A DNA stretch of 64,000 nt, taken from NCBI RefSeq assembly GCF_000150275.1, contig NW_002060947.1, positions 8,402,043-8,466,042 of the forward strand, given 5' to 3'. The translations under genes and the position numbers were made by a program. The notes beneath the pieces were generated by a model. It ran no database searches, was not told the DNA's origin, and saw only the letters and a list, made by a program, of their open reading frames with translations. The DNA comes from Trichoplax adhaerens (lineage: Eukaryota > Animalia > Placozoa). The stretch's first letter is position 1. Each line of letters starts with the position of its first letter. Positions 39,755-53,262 of the stretch are shown here, in pieces.

Positions 39755-42648
39755 ATGATGGTGGCGGACACGAGAGCACCATACTACTCTCAGTATAGAA
39801 AAGTTCAGAATAAGAAGGAGCTCCACGATATTACCACCTGGCTCATGTTGATCCGATCGCCGTGGCTTGCAAGAATTGGGTAAGATCGCTTCTAGCCAAT
39901 TTGTCATTTTGAATGTAGATTATGTTATGTTGAAAATGGATTGATGCAATATCGAATCTATTCAATTCGACCGACCTACGAGGTCAACAGTGTCATCGCT
40001 TAATAGGCTGTGAAAAGAATGTAGATCACCAGCAGAAAATACGAGTAGAATAGTTTGTGCTAGGTGGAGAGTGAGGACAGCAAAGCGTGCAAATGCTGTC
40101 TTGTTTTGATACATCAATAGCCTCATTCACTTTGAATAGGGTAGGTAGTAAAGCTGTTCCGCAATTTATTGTATGGATAGGTTGTATAGAAGGAAATGAC
40201 ATACAACTTAAGATTAATATCCAATCTAAAACAGTTGATAAGAATAGGCAAATGCATAGATTAGGGTTAGATAAGACATGTTTTGACAAGTTCGAGTATA
40301 GTCATCGCAGCTGAAAAGTAAAACTAATCATCCATTGGAGATTGGATTTGCATACAAAGTCCTGTAAGTTCAAGTGATCTGGTTCATAGTCTTAATGTGG
40401 TCAACAAATGGGGTAGCGTATTAAATCCGATATGATCCCGAACATCGGCTGTAAGAAATGTGACCTGTCTACCAGAGCTTGTTCGACTGCTATGTTAGGT
40501 ATCTCAAATCGATATAGAACCAGCAATAGAATCTGCCATGATAAAATTTAAAATTTTTGATATCAATGACACGATCAGTAGTGTTAGTTGAGCAAGTTTG
40601 ACTGTAATGATATTTTACCAGTTGAGACAGCAGAGCATTTTGCACCATGACTTTGGCCGATACGGATAGATCAATGCACTGAGTTGCTTTGTAGCTAGGA
40701 CAAGGGATATGCATGTATCAAATTAGTCAGTTGTATTTGTACACATGCTCGGAAATAATGCCATATGTCCAATTCTCCATCTTGAATGAGATAATCCATT
40801 CTTATGGTTGTACTGCATCCTCCTTCATGAAGTCAATGAGACACAATATTATGGTTTGTGGAAGGAATATGGATGCATCAAAGATTGGAGTTTGATCCCA
40901 GTTGTCTTTGTACAGTACCTGCAGTTCGAAATGCTACTACTGTAGATATTGTATTCTCCTTCGGGAATCTGGCAGTGTGTTATCATTTGCATAATTACTA
41001 TAGCTGAATGAAAGCGCAGAGTTATCTTGCAGGACAGTGTATTTTCTATGCACAAGATTCGAAATAGTTCTAGTTATTGTATCCATCTTGATGAACTGTA
41101 AGTGGATGAGACACTAGATCATCATTGAAGGAAGCGATACAGATGCATCATAATTTTGAGCTGGATTTTCCTCATACAGGCAGTTTGAAAATAGTGCTGC
41201 TATATGTTGATCACTCTTTGTTAATGGAATATTCTCACAAACACAATTTAGGTATCACTCCTTGACTCTGTTGACGAAATCGGTTATGGCTTCTAATGTT
41301 GAAATAAAAGCTAAAGTTACAGATATTGAAAAATTAAAGCATTTAGCGAAAGAAGTTTCTGGCCAACCTGGTAAACTCATTGAACAGGAAGATACCTTTT
41401 TCTTATGTGACCATGGTCGACTAAAGGTAATGCTTTTAAACGGATTTTAGCGCTCATAGTTAATCGGAGTTTGGATAAGCAATGCATTCCGAAATAAATA
41501 ATATCCCCCTCCTCATTGATCGTCTTATTAATTAGTTGCGAAAATTTCCAAATGGTCAAGGAGAGCTAATATTTTATAGCAGGGCTGATCAATCTGGACC
41601 CAAGCTATCGAATTACCATATCACTAAAGTAACTGTAAGTCAATCATTATACGTAAAACTTGACGCGCAACTGCGCCTACTTTAAATACTCATGTTTAAG
41701 TTTTGCTACGATTATGGTCATTGCGTGCACAAATGTAAACCGTGTCAAATTCTTTCTATCCAATTTAGGAAAATACCGATGATTTGATTCATACGCTAGA
41801 TTTAGCGTATGGAATTAGAGGTACCCCTTTAATACGCGTATATTTATATTGCGACAATAATATTAAATTTTTATGAATAGTTGCTTGATTAGTTCAGTTC
41901 GCTTGGGAATTAGAACTTCTCCGTTAGTATTTGGCTATGATTGCATCGTATGTACAAATAATTTTTTTCGCCTGTTAATTTAACACGCTACAGGTGTCGT
42001 TAAAAAGAAGCGATATCTGTATCTTGTTGGTCAAACTAGAGTCCACGTTGATACTGTCGATGGTTTAGGGAACTTTATGGAACTCGAAGTAAGTAGACCT
42101 TTGAATTATCCACCGATATGAGTTTATAATGGAAGATATACCAATAAGATATTTCCATACACTAGTTTATTCAGTGATAGTAGAATTTCATATTTGAAAT
42201 AGTGTCTCAAAATAATTTGACTGAATTTTTGATTTCTTGCTAAATTTCACTTTATTACATAAATCACTTCATTACCAAGGACTATTTATGTCTATCAAAT
42301 ATTAATAATATCCACCATCGGTTGACCATCTAAGCTACAAATATGATCTATTCTGAAATAATAGTACATCATGATAATCATTTCATTAAAAGAACTAACA
42401 AGACTTTTGTGTTGTCACAAAATTACATTCAGTAATATCACTAAACTATATTTGTAAGATTAGCAAGCTCATATCATAACAGAACAAAGTCAGTTCATTG
42501 CATATTGATATTGTAGGTAGTTATGAAGAAAGGACAAAGCTGCGAAGAAGGACAGGCTATAGCCGAGGATTTAATGGCTAAATTGGAAATAGCCAAGGCA
42601 GAATTGTTAACGTCTGCCTATATTGACATGTTGCAACGTAAGAGTTAA
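39755..42648 (+). CDS. CYTH-superfamily protein, class IV adenylate cyclase (CyaB)-like, copy 1
   Basis: Exons 39755-39879 (in-frame leader, start uncertain), 41252-41426, 41536-41634, 41769-41820, 41994-42088, 42517-42648. Motifs NVEIKAK, QEDTFF..GRLKLR, ELIFYSR..GPKLS, VVKKKRYLY..TRVHVDTVDGLGNFMELEVV and AYIDML. The core begins at ATG 41286. Confidence 0.92.
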
Positions 42649-42869
42649 CCTATTACATAAAGGTCGTGTTTTTATTGGTTAAAAATTTTAATGGTTTCCT
42701 TGATACCTTGATACATCTATAACCTTACAATATGCTGTTTCCAAAAAATAAATGTTCCTCTTTATTGCATACCGTGTTTTGTTATCAATTATACTGTCAT
42801 AGATGATTGTTAAAGTCTTCAAGCCTTAACTCAATGTCAGTTTAGGCTTAACTTCGTATAAAATCTCGT

Positions 42870-43560
42870 TCCTGAGTGAACTTTCGATGCCTACATGTTG
42901 GCGCAAGATATTCATCCTTGTTTAACTATCCTTGTTAAGACGATACGATAGCCTTATTAAATGTATTGCTAACTTGCTATTAGTTAACGATGAAGACTTA
43001 TTGTTGTAGTAACCATGATTAATATAAGAAGATTGACCGATATCGACCTCATTCGACTAATAATAAAATAGAACACTCTTTATTAACTGAAGGTATGTCG
43101 ATGTCTGCTTGTTGGCACAAGGTACTTATGCTTGTTTATTTGTCTTTAAAACGATACGGTAACCATATGAAGGTGTTACTAACATTGGACATAAATATGA
43201 ATGAAGATCTCTTCTAACGTACTGTTTAGTTAATGCTTAAAATTCGTTGTTGTACCACCCTTGATTACTACAAGAAGACTAACCGATACTGGCCTCATTT
43301 AACTATTAATAATATCGAACAGCTCGTTATTAACTGAATTTAAGTCGATGTCTGCTTTGTTTGCACAAAATATTCTTCCTTATATTACTATCTTAATTAA
43401 GGCAATTCGGCAACTTTTGTGAATATTTTACTAGTTTACTGTTAACTTAATGATTAAGACTTGTTAGACCACCCTTGATGAAAATAAAAAGATTGGCAGA
43501 CATTGGCCTCTTCCCCCAAACTCTATTCGACCAATGAATAAAATAGAACTCTTTGTTTTA
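42870..43560. repeat. Degenerate tandem repeat (~210-250-bp unit, about 3 copies)
   Basis: Recurrent gatg(c/t)ct(a/g)c(a/t)tgttggc(g/a)caag, gat(t/c)(g/a)accgata..cctcatt and atagaac..ctc blocks at ~42887, 43100 and 43347. Confidence 0.75.
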
Positions 43561-44029
43561 ATCGATACTGACAAAATGGACATTAATTTAAAAATAGAGC
43601 CGCCATGAATTCATCTCAAAAATACTTGACAACATAGAGATGGTTTAATGCCGCCGAGTTCCTATCGTAATATCAGTAGGTAATAACTTTTACAGTCTAT
43701 ACGATAATTTAATTATCTTAGTTAAATGATAACTTGTATCACAACTCGTAAACAATTTAGTTATGATCGTGACGTATGATGCTCATGATGAGACTGCATA
43801 CACAATTCCATAAACAAGTAAAAATTTATAGATTGAGTAATAAAGGTAAATAAAGAAATCATGAAAATTATCCAGGTACAGTTTGATAATAAAATTTGTT
43901 ATATCAACTGTACTTAGCGCGTAGATCATACAAAGAGTTTTATATTAACGAATATGTAAATTTTATTGCTGATTTTTAAACGATTGAGATACTATGTCAT
44001 AATGTAACTAGCTTTGACAGTTATGGATA

Positions 44030-44372
44030 AACTTCTTACAATAACAGATCTTAGAAAAGAAGGACTACGATCAATACTAACAGCAAAGCGTAGGCGCTTA
44101 AAGATCTTATCTAACTTGTTTTCAACATCAAGATTGCAAATAACTTCATCAAATGCTTTCACAATTTAGTATGAGAATGAAATTCTATGACGTATATCAT
44201 ATTCAATGGAGCTGAATTCAATAAGCTTGAATTATCATAAACATTACTTATGCATACCAATTGTATATTATTTTTAACAACCCTAGATTGTGGTATTACT
44301 TTTGGCGTTATATCAAATTTACTTCCACACAACAAGTTGGTAACAATAGCTTATCTAGCAGGGTGACTACAG
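44030..44372. repeat. Dispersed ~340-bp duplication, copy 1 (copy 2 at ~48203-48535)
   Basis: Colinear shared blocks aaacttc.tacaata...gatcttagaaaagaaggacta, ttagtat.agaat.aaat, agctgaa.tcaa...cttgaattatca and atttacttc.aca.aaca...aaca.tagcttat. Confidence 0.8.
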
Positions 44373-46763
44373 GTTTATTCCATAGTGCAACAGTGCAGAG
44401 ATGTAATATATCTTCCTGTAAGATATTTAGTTATAATAAAAGGCAATAAATGCAAAAAAATTCGTTATAATATGAGCTTAATAAATGCATTAAGCGAAAT
44501 TATAGCAAGGTGATATCGTAAGCTTACACAAATGTTGGCAGCAAAGTAGTAACTACAAGCCATTTTCTAGACTTAGGCATTTGCCTATGGTGCGATTCCA
44601 GAAAAACGATAAATATACCGTATCTTCACTTAAAACGTATACTCCCAAACAGAAAATATGTATTAAAAGTAGACAAAAAGTTGTCTTACAAACGTCAAGT
44701 GAGCACTTTCTCTATATAAGGTCATCTAATCAAAATTAAATCAAATTATTTTTTAATACAAAAGAAAGCATAATCTACAGTTTTATTTGGCAGTGTACGA
44801 AAATATATAACGAGTGAGAAATATTATCTGTACATAAAATATATTACCTAAAAAATAAGTCAAAAATTTTCCTAAAAATTTTCCTATGTAAAGTCAAATC
44901 CTGGCAGAATTCTCGGCTAAATGAATTATAAAAGAAAATTTTCTGTTAATCAACGAGTTCATAAATCATTCAATAGGTACCAGATCGTTTTAATCCTTAG
45001 CTAGGATTTCCTAATATTTCTTGATACAATAAATATCATAGAATTAATCATTTAATTATATGAAAAAGAAAATTATGACTCCTTAGACTTGTAATAGCCG
45101 TGAAAATGTCATAGCTGTTACTAATCTCACATGTAATTTTGTTTATATACGGCTGATTGCATGGTAAAAGATCGGTTAAGCTGATCATCAGTGACATTAC
45201 GCTAGAAATTACTTCAACTCTGCAAAAGCATTTAAATTATAAAGACGCGATGACGCACAGATAAAATTAAAAAAATAAAATGAGATATTTTCAAGAAACT
45301 CCATTTGCTTAAGAATTAATAGATTCACTTTCATAGTCTCACTGCTATGGATACGTATTCTAAACCGACAACAATGCGATATTGTTTCAAAGTTAATATC
45401 AATAGGTACACCAAAGCTATAGATTAATCTATAGTTGTTGACATATTACTAAGGCAATATCTAAACAGTAATGTTTGACTTTGTTGTAACTACCCCACCT
45501 TCGTAACACATTATTACAGTAATTATTTAAAATCACCCCCATTGGCTACCGATCAATAATGCTTGAATATGTACTGAGTTAATATTCTATATCGCTATAC
45601 GGGAATTTTAGTTCATATTCAGATTGGAATATAAAATCGACGTTTATCATTAATTAATTTTATACCGTCATATACTAATGATCTCAGGGATTATCTTAAT
45701 TACTTATTTATTAACAATGTACAATATTGGCGACTGATGCTAGCTAGAAATTGATTATTGCCAAGATGCTTTCTGGTTTATATTGTATTATGTACATAAA
45801 AAATTCCGATAGCATTAAATGAAGGAACTTTATAGAATAATTTTTGCCATACAGACATTTTCTTGCCTTCAAAGGATTAATAAGTGTTGAAAGATTGTTA
45901 AGATTTCATAGAGAAGTTATCTATAAAATTCCCTGAGTTGCCATGATTTACATTATGTTATTGATAAGTAAAACGAATAAATAGTTACTTCAATATAATG
46001 CATATGAATTGTGCACCCGATCACACTTTAAGGTTAAATGTTACAGAAATAATATAAGGGTAATTTATGGTTGGAAATGGCAATGTTTCTTTCCGTTAGA
46101 ATATTAAAACTTCACTATAGATAAACAGCACGAAATAATTTTAAAGAAGTTTATTCTGCAAATGTGGATTCTAAGCTTTTAAGGCAAATGTTTAGAAATT
46201 TTAAAAGAAAGTATTCGAGAGCTTAACAACTATTTCTATGATATTGTCTATGCTTTAGAATTGTTGACATTAACGACCACCTGTAGGGGGTAGTTGTTAT
46301 ACCTATGTTCCTTTTATGTGAGAAATGACGAAAGATATTTCATAATTTATCGCAGCATGTATTGCCATTCTATTCATCTGGCTTAGTTACCAAACTAAGA
46401 AACAATTAGACCATTATAATTTTGGGGCCGCCTATTTATGGGAATTAGTGCTGCTATTGTAATTTCTTTTCCTATATAAAGACTGGATACTACCGGGAAG
46501 ATCATTTTATTATTTTTTGGAAACAGACACTTAAATCTTAAAATCTTGTTTACCGGATAGTCTACTTACCCTATATCTAGTATTTCAAACGCTAGCACCT
46601 TTCTAATAGAAAGTTTGATGCAAAGATCCGAAAGTTGTATCAAGTTTACAATAATTTGTGTAATTTACTTAACCATCAGTACTATTACGTTGCCCGTATT
46701 ATAATTTTCGCTAGTCATAATCGGTTAAATCCTTACAAGTTTCAATCACTCATGAGAGACAGC

Positions 46764-49700
46764 ATGTCAGAAAATTTCAAGGCAAATGTAAGTTCGATCA
46801 GTTTTCAGGGTCTTCTAAGCGGTTGTTGTAATAGCAATGAAAGTTTAGATTACATACATTGCGTTATTTTAACATGATTAGCATTTTTGGATAATTTACA
46901 GTCTTTAACACAGGTATTTACAGTCTGATATAGACGTAGCTTTGATTTAACTTCGACGTACAGTATACAGTATTTAGTTAGGGAGATCAGTAACTGGTTA
47001 AGCATAACTTGTTGAATAATATGAAAAGTTTCTTTTATGCTTTGAATGGTAGAACAACAATTCCTATCGTAAAAGGGAGAAAAGGGCTTTGGCTTGGATT
47101 GAAGCCGTTAACGGTAAAAAAAACTTTGGCTGGACTACACCGGGAAAACTAAGAGATGGTGTTGCCTTATGCAAGTAAGTATTGCAGTACACTGTTATTT
47201 ATGATTATTGCCAAGTTAATAATAGCAGACTTAAGTATCTATCGTTTGGGTAAGTACAGGCGGTTAAAGATGAGTAAAAGATGTATATTACAGAATAATA
47301 ACAATTTCTTTCTGGTCCTCATTGTGGATGCAAATAGTAGGTCAAGACAAGTTTCACATTACATAACTTACTAGGGGGCTGGTTGTCTAATATCATGAGA
47401 TTATAAGTTTTCATATTTAATTATTGAGCGACTGTAGCAGCTATTGCGCATTAGTACTACTACTAATTGATGGATTTATTAGGCAACCTAACAGGCCAGT
47501 AAAATTTATTACTACAGCCGATATAGCTGCCCAATAGGTTAATTCTAATTTGAAAGTACCAAGAAGTTTCCATCTAATTAAACTATGAGAGAGTACAATA
47601 TATTAGTAATTTAGCTAAAAGAAGTTTAATTATTCTCCTGGCCTTTCAGAACTGACCTTATTCAATTTAAAGCTTAGTTGGCATAAATTTAGTCGATAGA
47701 AATTTTATTATCCCAGCTAATAATCTGGCAATAACTAATGTTATTATAGATCTAACTATAACCCTCAATAATTAGCTATAGAGATACGTACAATTATGAT
47801 ATCATAAACTCTCAGTTAAACTGATCTATTTATTTATGTGATCCGAGGATTTCAAATAATAAGAATTGATCAAATTTAAGTTGAAGTATAGATTAAGCCA
47901 CTTTTCTAACCAATTATCTGGATGTGTTGCGGGTGCAACAGTTTAGTAATAAGGTTTGGCACCCTGTAGAGAATACGTTCTTTAGGTGAACTAAGTAGAA
48001 TACAATAGAGTGAAGCCTACGTGACTACGGATACAGTTAATAAGTATTAGGACTTATTGCGGGAGGTCATAACAAAACCTGTTCTACTAACTGTAATTAG
48101 AGTATAGATCAGACAAGTAATTTTATATTGGCCGATTTTACTACTGATTCTCTACAGATTGAGATACTACATAATAATACAACAAACTCTGGCAGACAAG
48201 GAAAACTTCCTACAATAGCCGATCTTAGAAAAGAAGGACTAAGAACAACAATAGCAGAAAAGCATAGCTTGAATAAGTTATTTAAATTGTTTACAACTCT
48301 ACGATTTCCGAACAACATCACTTAATACTTACAGAACTTAGTATCAGAATAAAATACTACGATTAGTATTATATTCTACGAAGCTGAAATCAACATACTT
48401 GAATTATCACCAACATTACATATATATACCTATCGTTGTTAATAGCCCCAGATTTTTTATTATTTTTAAGTTATATCTCATTTACTTCTACATAACATTT
48501 TGTCAACAACAGCTTATATAACAGCTTCATTACAGAAGTCAAGTTAGTTAATTATAACTATTTCATCAAATATCGACTACGCGGCATATTCTATTCGTCT
48601 TTAGCCTTCTAGAGAATTGCCTGTCTCTCAATAAGAACTCTTATTTATTTACAAAAATTACTTGTATTAAAAAAAGAAAACTTTGCATGATATATACTAC
48701 CATCAAATGTTTACAGATGATTAAAAGATTGATTTACCTGATAAAACTAGAAGCAATCCTTATTTTTATGAGTAAAGATCGGCCGTAATGACATATAGGT
48801 TATTATAGAAATACGTCAGTAAATAATAAATAGGAAATATAGAATATAAATATGTAAGTGTAACGGTAATACGGGAATTAAAGCGAAATGATAATTTTAA
48901 GTTCTACTATATGCAATTAAAGAGAGAAAATAGTATGTTCAGTAATGGAATAAAAATCAGTTATAAATCTGCATCTTAAAATTCATCACAAATGCTAGAC
49001 TAATCCAAAAAGTTAGATATCTGAGCATTTTTACAGACATGTTTAATGGTTCAGGTATTTCATTTTAAGTATTGATCAAGAGTTACATTTGTAATATTAA
49101 TACATGTTTAACTGTTAATATCGGATATCACATTTAGTTATGTTTCGTAGTAAATAAATATTGGGATAACGGTTTCAATAATATTGCCGATAGTTCTTTA
49201 TGTTTTACATCCACATGTTATTAAAATAACAGTAAGCTATATAAGGTTTAACAAGATGATAACAAGTATTTTACTCAATAATCAAAAAATTTTTGCATAA
49301 ATAACCATTTCAATTTTCTATCCCTCGTAGCCTAATTAATAACCTCCAGCCTGGAAGTATATCACAAGTAAGCACATCTAAGATGGCATTTAAACAGGTG
49401 CAATAATCCGAATAAAAAGAATCTGTTTTAGCATTATGATACATTTTTAATTTAGATAGCGTAAACTTTTCATTATTTAATATTGCTAACTTATGCTTAA
49501 CGTATCTTGCTTTAGAGGGAAAATATTATGAGCTTTTTGAAAGTCATCTACCAATATGGTGTACCTAAGCAGGAAATTTTTAAACCTGTTGATTTACTTG
49601 AAGGATCTAATATGTTACAGGTACTGGTAATGTTCGTATGCAAAGAGAAAATGCAATATATCAAATATAAAATTAGTTTATTAAAATACGATCGACTACT

Positions 49701-50081
49701 CTATATGATAGTACCTAGAGCCATTCTTTGCTTCTTTGTCGTGGTACAAATCTGACTTTAATTAATTATTTTCGCAGGTTATATGTACTATAGAGGCTCT
49801 GGGTCAGTTGGTAAGGATTAATTTAAATATAGCTAGATAGAGATTTTTTTAACATAAATTACAAATTGTAAACAGTAGGAATATTAAACAGAAGAAACAT
49901 TTGGAATCATATTATATTCATTAATATATTGATATATTCGTCTTGACTCTGCTGCTTATAGGCTCATAAAAAAGGTTACAAAGGACCGGCTTTGAATGAT
50001 AAAGTAATTCCACTGAAATGTGTATCCTTTTCTGAACAAATTTGTAAGGATTTAGCTTTAGATTTCGTGAACTTAATATGA
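46764..50081 (+). CDS. Transgelin/calponin-family protein 2 (diverged CH domain, no recognisable calponin repeat, ~156 aa)
   Basis: Exons 46764-46787, 47053-47174, 49331-49397, 49516-49620, 49778-49810, 49962-50081. Internal exon sizes of 67/105/33 bp are identical to paralog 1. Motifs KLRDGVALCNLINNLQPGS, MAFKQRENI, IFKPVDLLEG. TATA box near 46473. Confidence 0.85.
48203..48535. repeat. Dispersed ~340-bp duplication, copy 2, inside the calponin-2 intron
   Basis: Colinear similarity to 44030-44372 in the same orientation. Confidence 0.8.
49047..49116 (-). pseudogene. Small duplicated fragment of the CNBD2-like last exon and stop region
   Basis: tggttcaggtatttcattttaagtattgatcaagagttacatttgtaatattaatacatgtttaactgtt aligns with 23982-24052 (tggtacagctatttcgttttcagtattgatcaagagttaaattatgtaattttaatatatgtttaactgtt). 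Confidence 0.7.
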
Positions 50082-52049
50082 TAGAATTGATAATAATTGT
50101 GCTCGACATCGTATTATCTTTTTATTTAAATTATCTTATTTCAATTTAAAATAGATATTGTGGATTAAGCTATCATTCCAATATGTAAAAACAACCATGA
50201 TGTATGATCGATGGGTCCGAGAGATCTGGGAACGACCGATTACTAAGAGTCTATTTTAATGGCAGGCCAACTTGTTAGCAAATATCTTACTTATCGGGAG
50301 AACTTTTAAATTTGCTACCGTTATCTATATCATAAATTTAGAATAGCATCTTATTCTGAATAACCTTTACATTTTGAAATCATAATTTGTTTCGTCTGAA
50401 AATGATATTTCAGGGCATTATACTTGCTTCAATATATTTGTATAGCCAAGGCTTATTTAAAGCTATCAATTCTTGTATATAACTTGCACATTATAAAAGA
50501 CGCCAGTGTACATATTTTTTACTACTAAGACATTTTTGAAATTCATTGAAAGTCTATCTAAAATTAAAGAATTTGAATACTTGTTCTGTATATATTTTTC
50601 TTTATGACTTTGATTAAATCTATTTTCCATTTTAACTTTGATACGATTTAGTCATTGCAATCCCAACGCTAGAGTCATGTCGTTTCGATACACATTTTAG
50701 AATACGTCATTAATTTTCGCACTTCTGCTGTTAAATTACCGTACTGTCACGTAGGTAAGATATAAATTATGTTTATTATTCAAATATATCAACTTTATGT
50801 CATGGCCATATCCCTAGTGCTTTGAATGGCATGTTATACACGTCTATTAAATAATAATCCCCTCCTACTGCTAAGTTATGTTGGAAAGATCAATAAGAAA
50901 TATTGCTGTAGGGAAAATTAATATGGCAGGCATGGCGGATTTTTTATCAGCTTCAAGTAATATGAAATTAATTGTTAGGTGTGTCTATCATATTGTGTCT
51001 CGGAGTCGGCGAAAGAGATGAGAAGAGAATTTATAAATTGCATATGTGCATTATAAATAATTTTGAGACTCCTTTTATAAGAAAGATCGTATATTTTTTT
51101 CGCAAATATTATTGAGATACTCGCAAGATTTAATCAGCTCGCTGAGTTGGGGCTAATAATTACTAGATTAATTAATAGATGTTTTGACTGAACCTTGCAG
51201 TGATTTGACTCCATTTCATAGAGTATAAAATATATTGTGATAAACCTTTTACAGCAAGTATTAGACGGACATCAGTATTCTGATTAGAACGTAAAATTTA
51301 TCCTACATTCTATTAAGAATAAAGAGCTAGTAGTAAGTGATCAGTAAATTTGAAATGTAAGGCTAACGGTCCTGTAATTGTAGACAGTTTACTTCTACAA
51401 TAGTCTGGTAACCAATAAATAACACAGCACGATATAAAATTAACAATGCAATAGAAGATTTTGCTGATTATGGTCATTAATGCTTTATTAATCAGTGAAA
51501 CATTGGAATAATAGAATACGAATAGAATAAAAACGAAGCAAAAGAATCTTAATAAAGACATTCTTAAATGCATATTTGCAATTATCTTACCCACACCTAA
51601 AATTAAAATAATGCAAGTGTTTTGTTTCTTTTTTACTCTACTTACTTTGTTAGTTAGTTTTATTCAAACTTTACTTCTTGCTCATACGATTGAGCAAAGT
51701 AGTCATAGAAATACTATTTTTTACGGGAAATTTTAATCAAATCATAGCCGAATAGACACTATTGACTGGCTTTGAATTCGAAATAAAGTTTTCAACTACT
51801 TTGCCGCGTGACTTCAGATTAAGTACTAAGGGAATATTTTCTGGTAGAAACTTTTTCATTTATGCCTTGGATTAGATCTCAACAGAAGAAATTTGAAGCC
51901 GTTTAGATTTATTTATCCAATTAGTCGCTGGAATTGATGTAAACATACCAAAGATGACTTTCGCTGAACCTAGTTGAATCGGTTAATAACGATTTGTATT
52001 AGAAACTATAAATGGAGCTACCCATTCAAAATAAACGATCATTACATAC

Positions 52050-52815
52050 ATTGCGAAACAAATTAAGCTAGATCTTTGATTTCCTCGATTGCATTCTATT
52101 CTTAGTAGAGTGCATACTCTATTAGCGCAGCTTAAAGATTGTATCAATAATACACTTAACTACGTAAAAGGGAAATCTTGAAACTAGTGCTGAATGGACC
52201 CTACAACGTGCTGATATAGAATCGATCTTAGTAAAAATTAAGCAATCATAACGAATACTTCCACGTAGTTTGCATAAGCACCATGCGAATAATGCCATTT
52301 CTCAATTTCTTAGAAAAGACTATTGTGCAATAGGAAACAATCTAATCTAGCTCTTTGATTTCCTTAACTGTTTTCTATAGTTAGTGCCCTACAATATACT
52401 GAAATAAAATCTATCAAAAAGTTAATTAAAGATGACCAACACTAAGGCAAAGTTTGTATAAACACCATGACAATTATGCCATTTCTTAATCATCTGGATG
52501 AAGACTATCGGACAATATGTAGCAAACTATGCTAGCCCTTTGGTTTCATTGATCATATTCTATTCTTGGTACCCACAACGTAATGATATAGAATCTATGT
52601 AAGTAAAAAATTAAGTAAAAGTGACTAACACTACCATACAGTTTGTACAAATATCTTGTCAATAATGCTGCCATCTCTTAATCCTTTGGAAAAGACTATT
52701 ATACTATATGAAAAAAAAACTAAGCTAACCCCTTTATTTCCTTGACTCTATTCTATTCTTGTTATCCTGCATCATGCTGACGTAGAATCTATATAAAATT
52801 TAATTAAAGATATCA
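52050..52815. repeat. Degenerate tandem repeat (~185-190-bp unit, about 3.5 copies)
   Basis: Recurrent ..gatatagaatc(g/t)at at ~52213 and 52585 with related motifs at 52400 and 52780; aataatgc..tctt/ctcaat...aaagactat at ~52288, 52472 and 52661. Confidence 0.7.
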
Positions 52816-53262
52816 AATCCGACATTTTACATTAAAAATATAATGACTAAATATCACACAGCATGGTCCATGATGGCCCATTCAATTATAAATAGCATAA
52901 CAGACATAACAGCCTTTTAGGCTGTTAATATGATGAGTATGGTGATTAAATCTACAACTGACTGCATCCGACTAATACAGTTTATTAGGACTATTTCAAG
53001 TTTAATAATATGGCAGATACATACCTTTGTATACACCTTGGATTCATGCGGAGAAAGAAAACATTATAGCAATTATCTTATTTATTCATTCAAAGCACCC
53101 AGACTATATCATGGCGAGTTCTAATTATGTATCGTATAGCGTTGTTTTAGGCTACGTAAAAGTTTAATTGTGCTTGAAAAAAGTCAAGGATTAAAATTCA
53201 ATACATGAATGCCTAGAGTCAAAGTAGCAACTCTTCTGTTACTATTTTATGCAAAGGTGCTA

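Noticed and set aside
38628-40895. Scattered 60-100-aa ORFs between calponin-1 and the CYTH-1 core
   Set aside because: No family motifs or supportable splice structure; most lie in promoter or intron sequence.
48109-48321. IVVLSPSFLRS resembling a TIR-domain motif
   Set aside because: The motif is short and isolated, there are no other TIR boxes, and the sister copy at 44.0k does not conserve the flanking residues.
50022-52380. Possible U12 intron (GTATCCTTT at 50022; TTCCTTAAC..AG at 52360-52380)
   Set aside because: Such AT-rich 9-mers are expected about once by chance in 64 kb. The branch-like motif belongs to a degenerate tandem repeat, and the exon already ends in a plausible stop.
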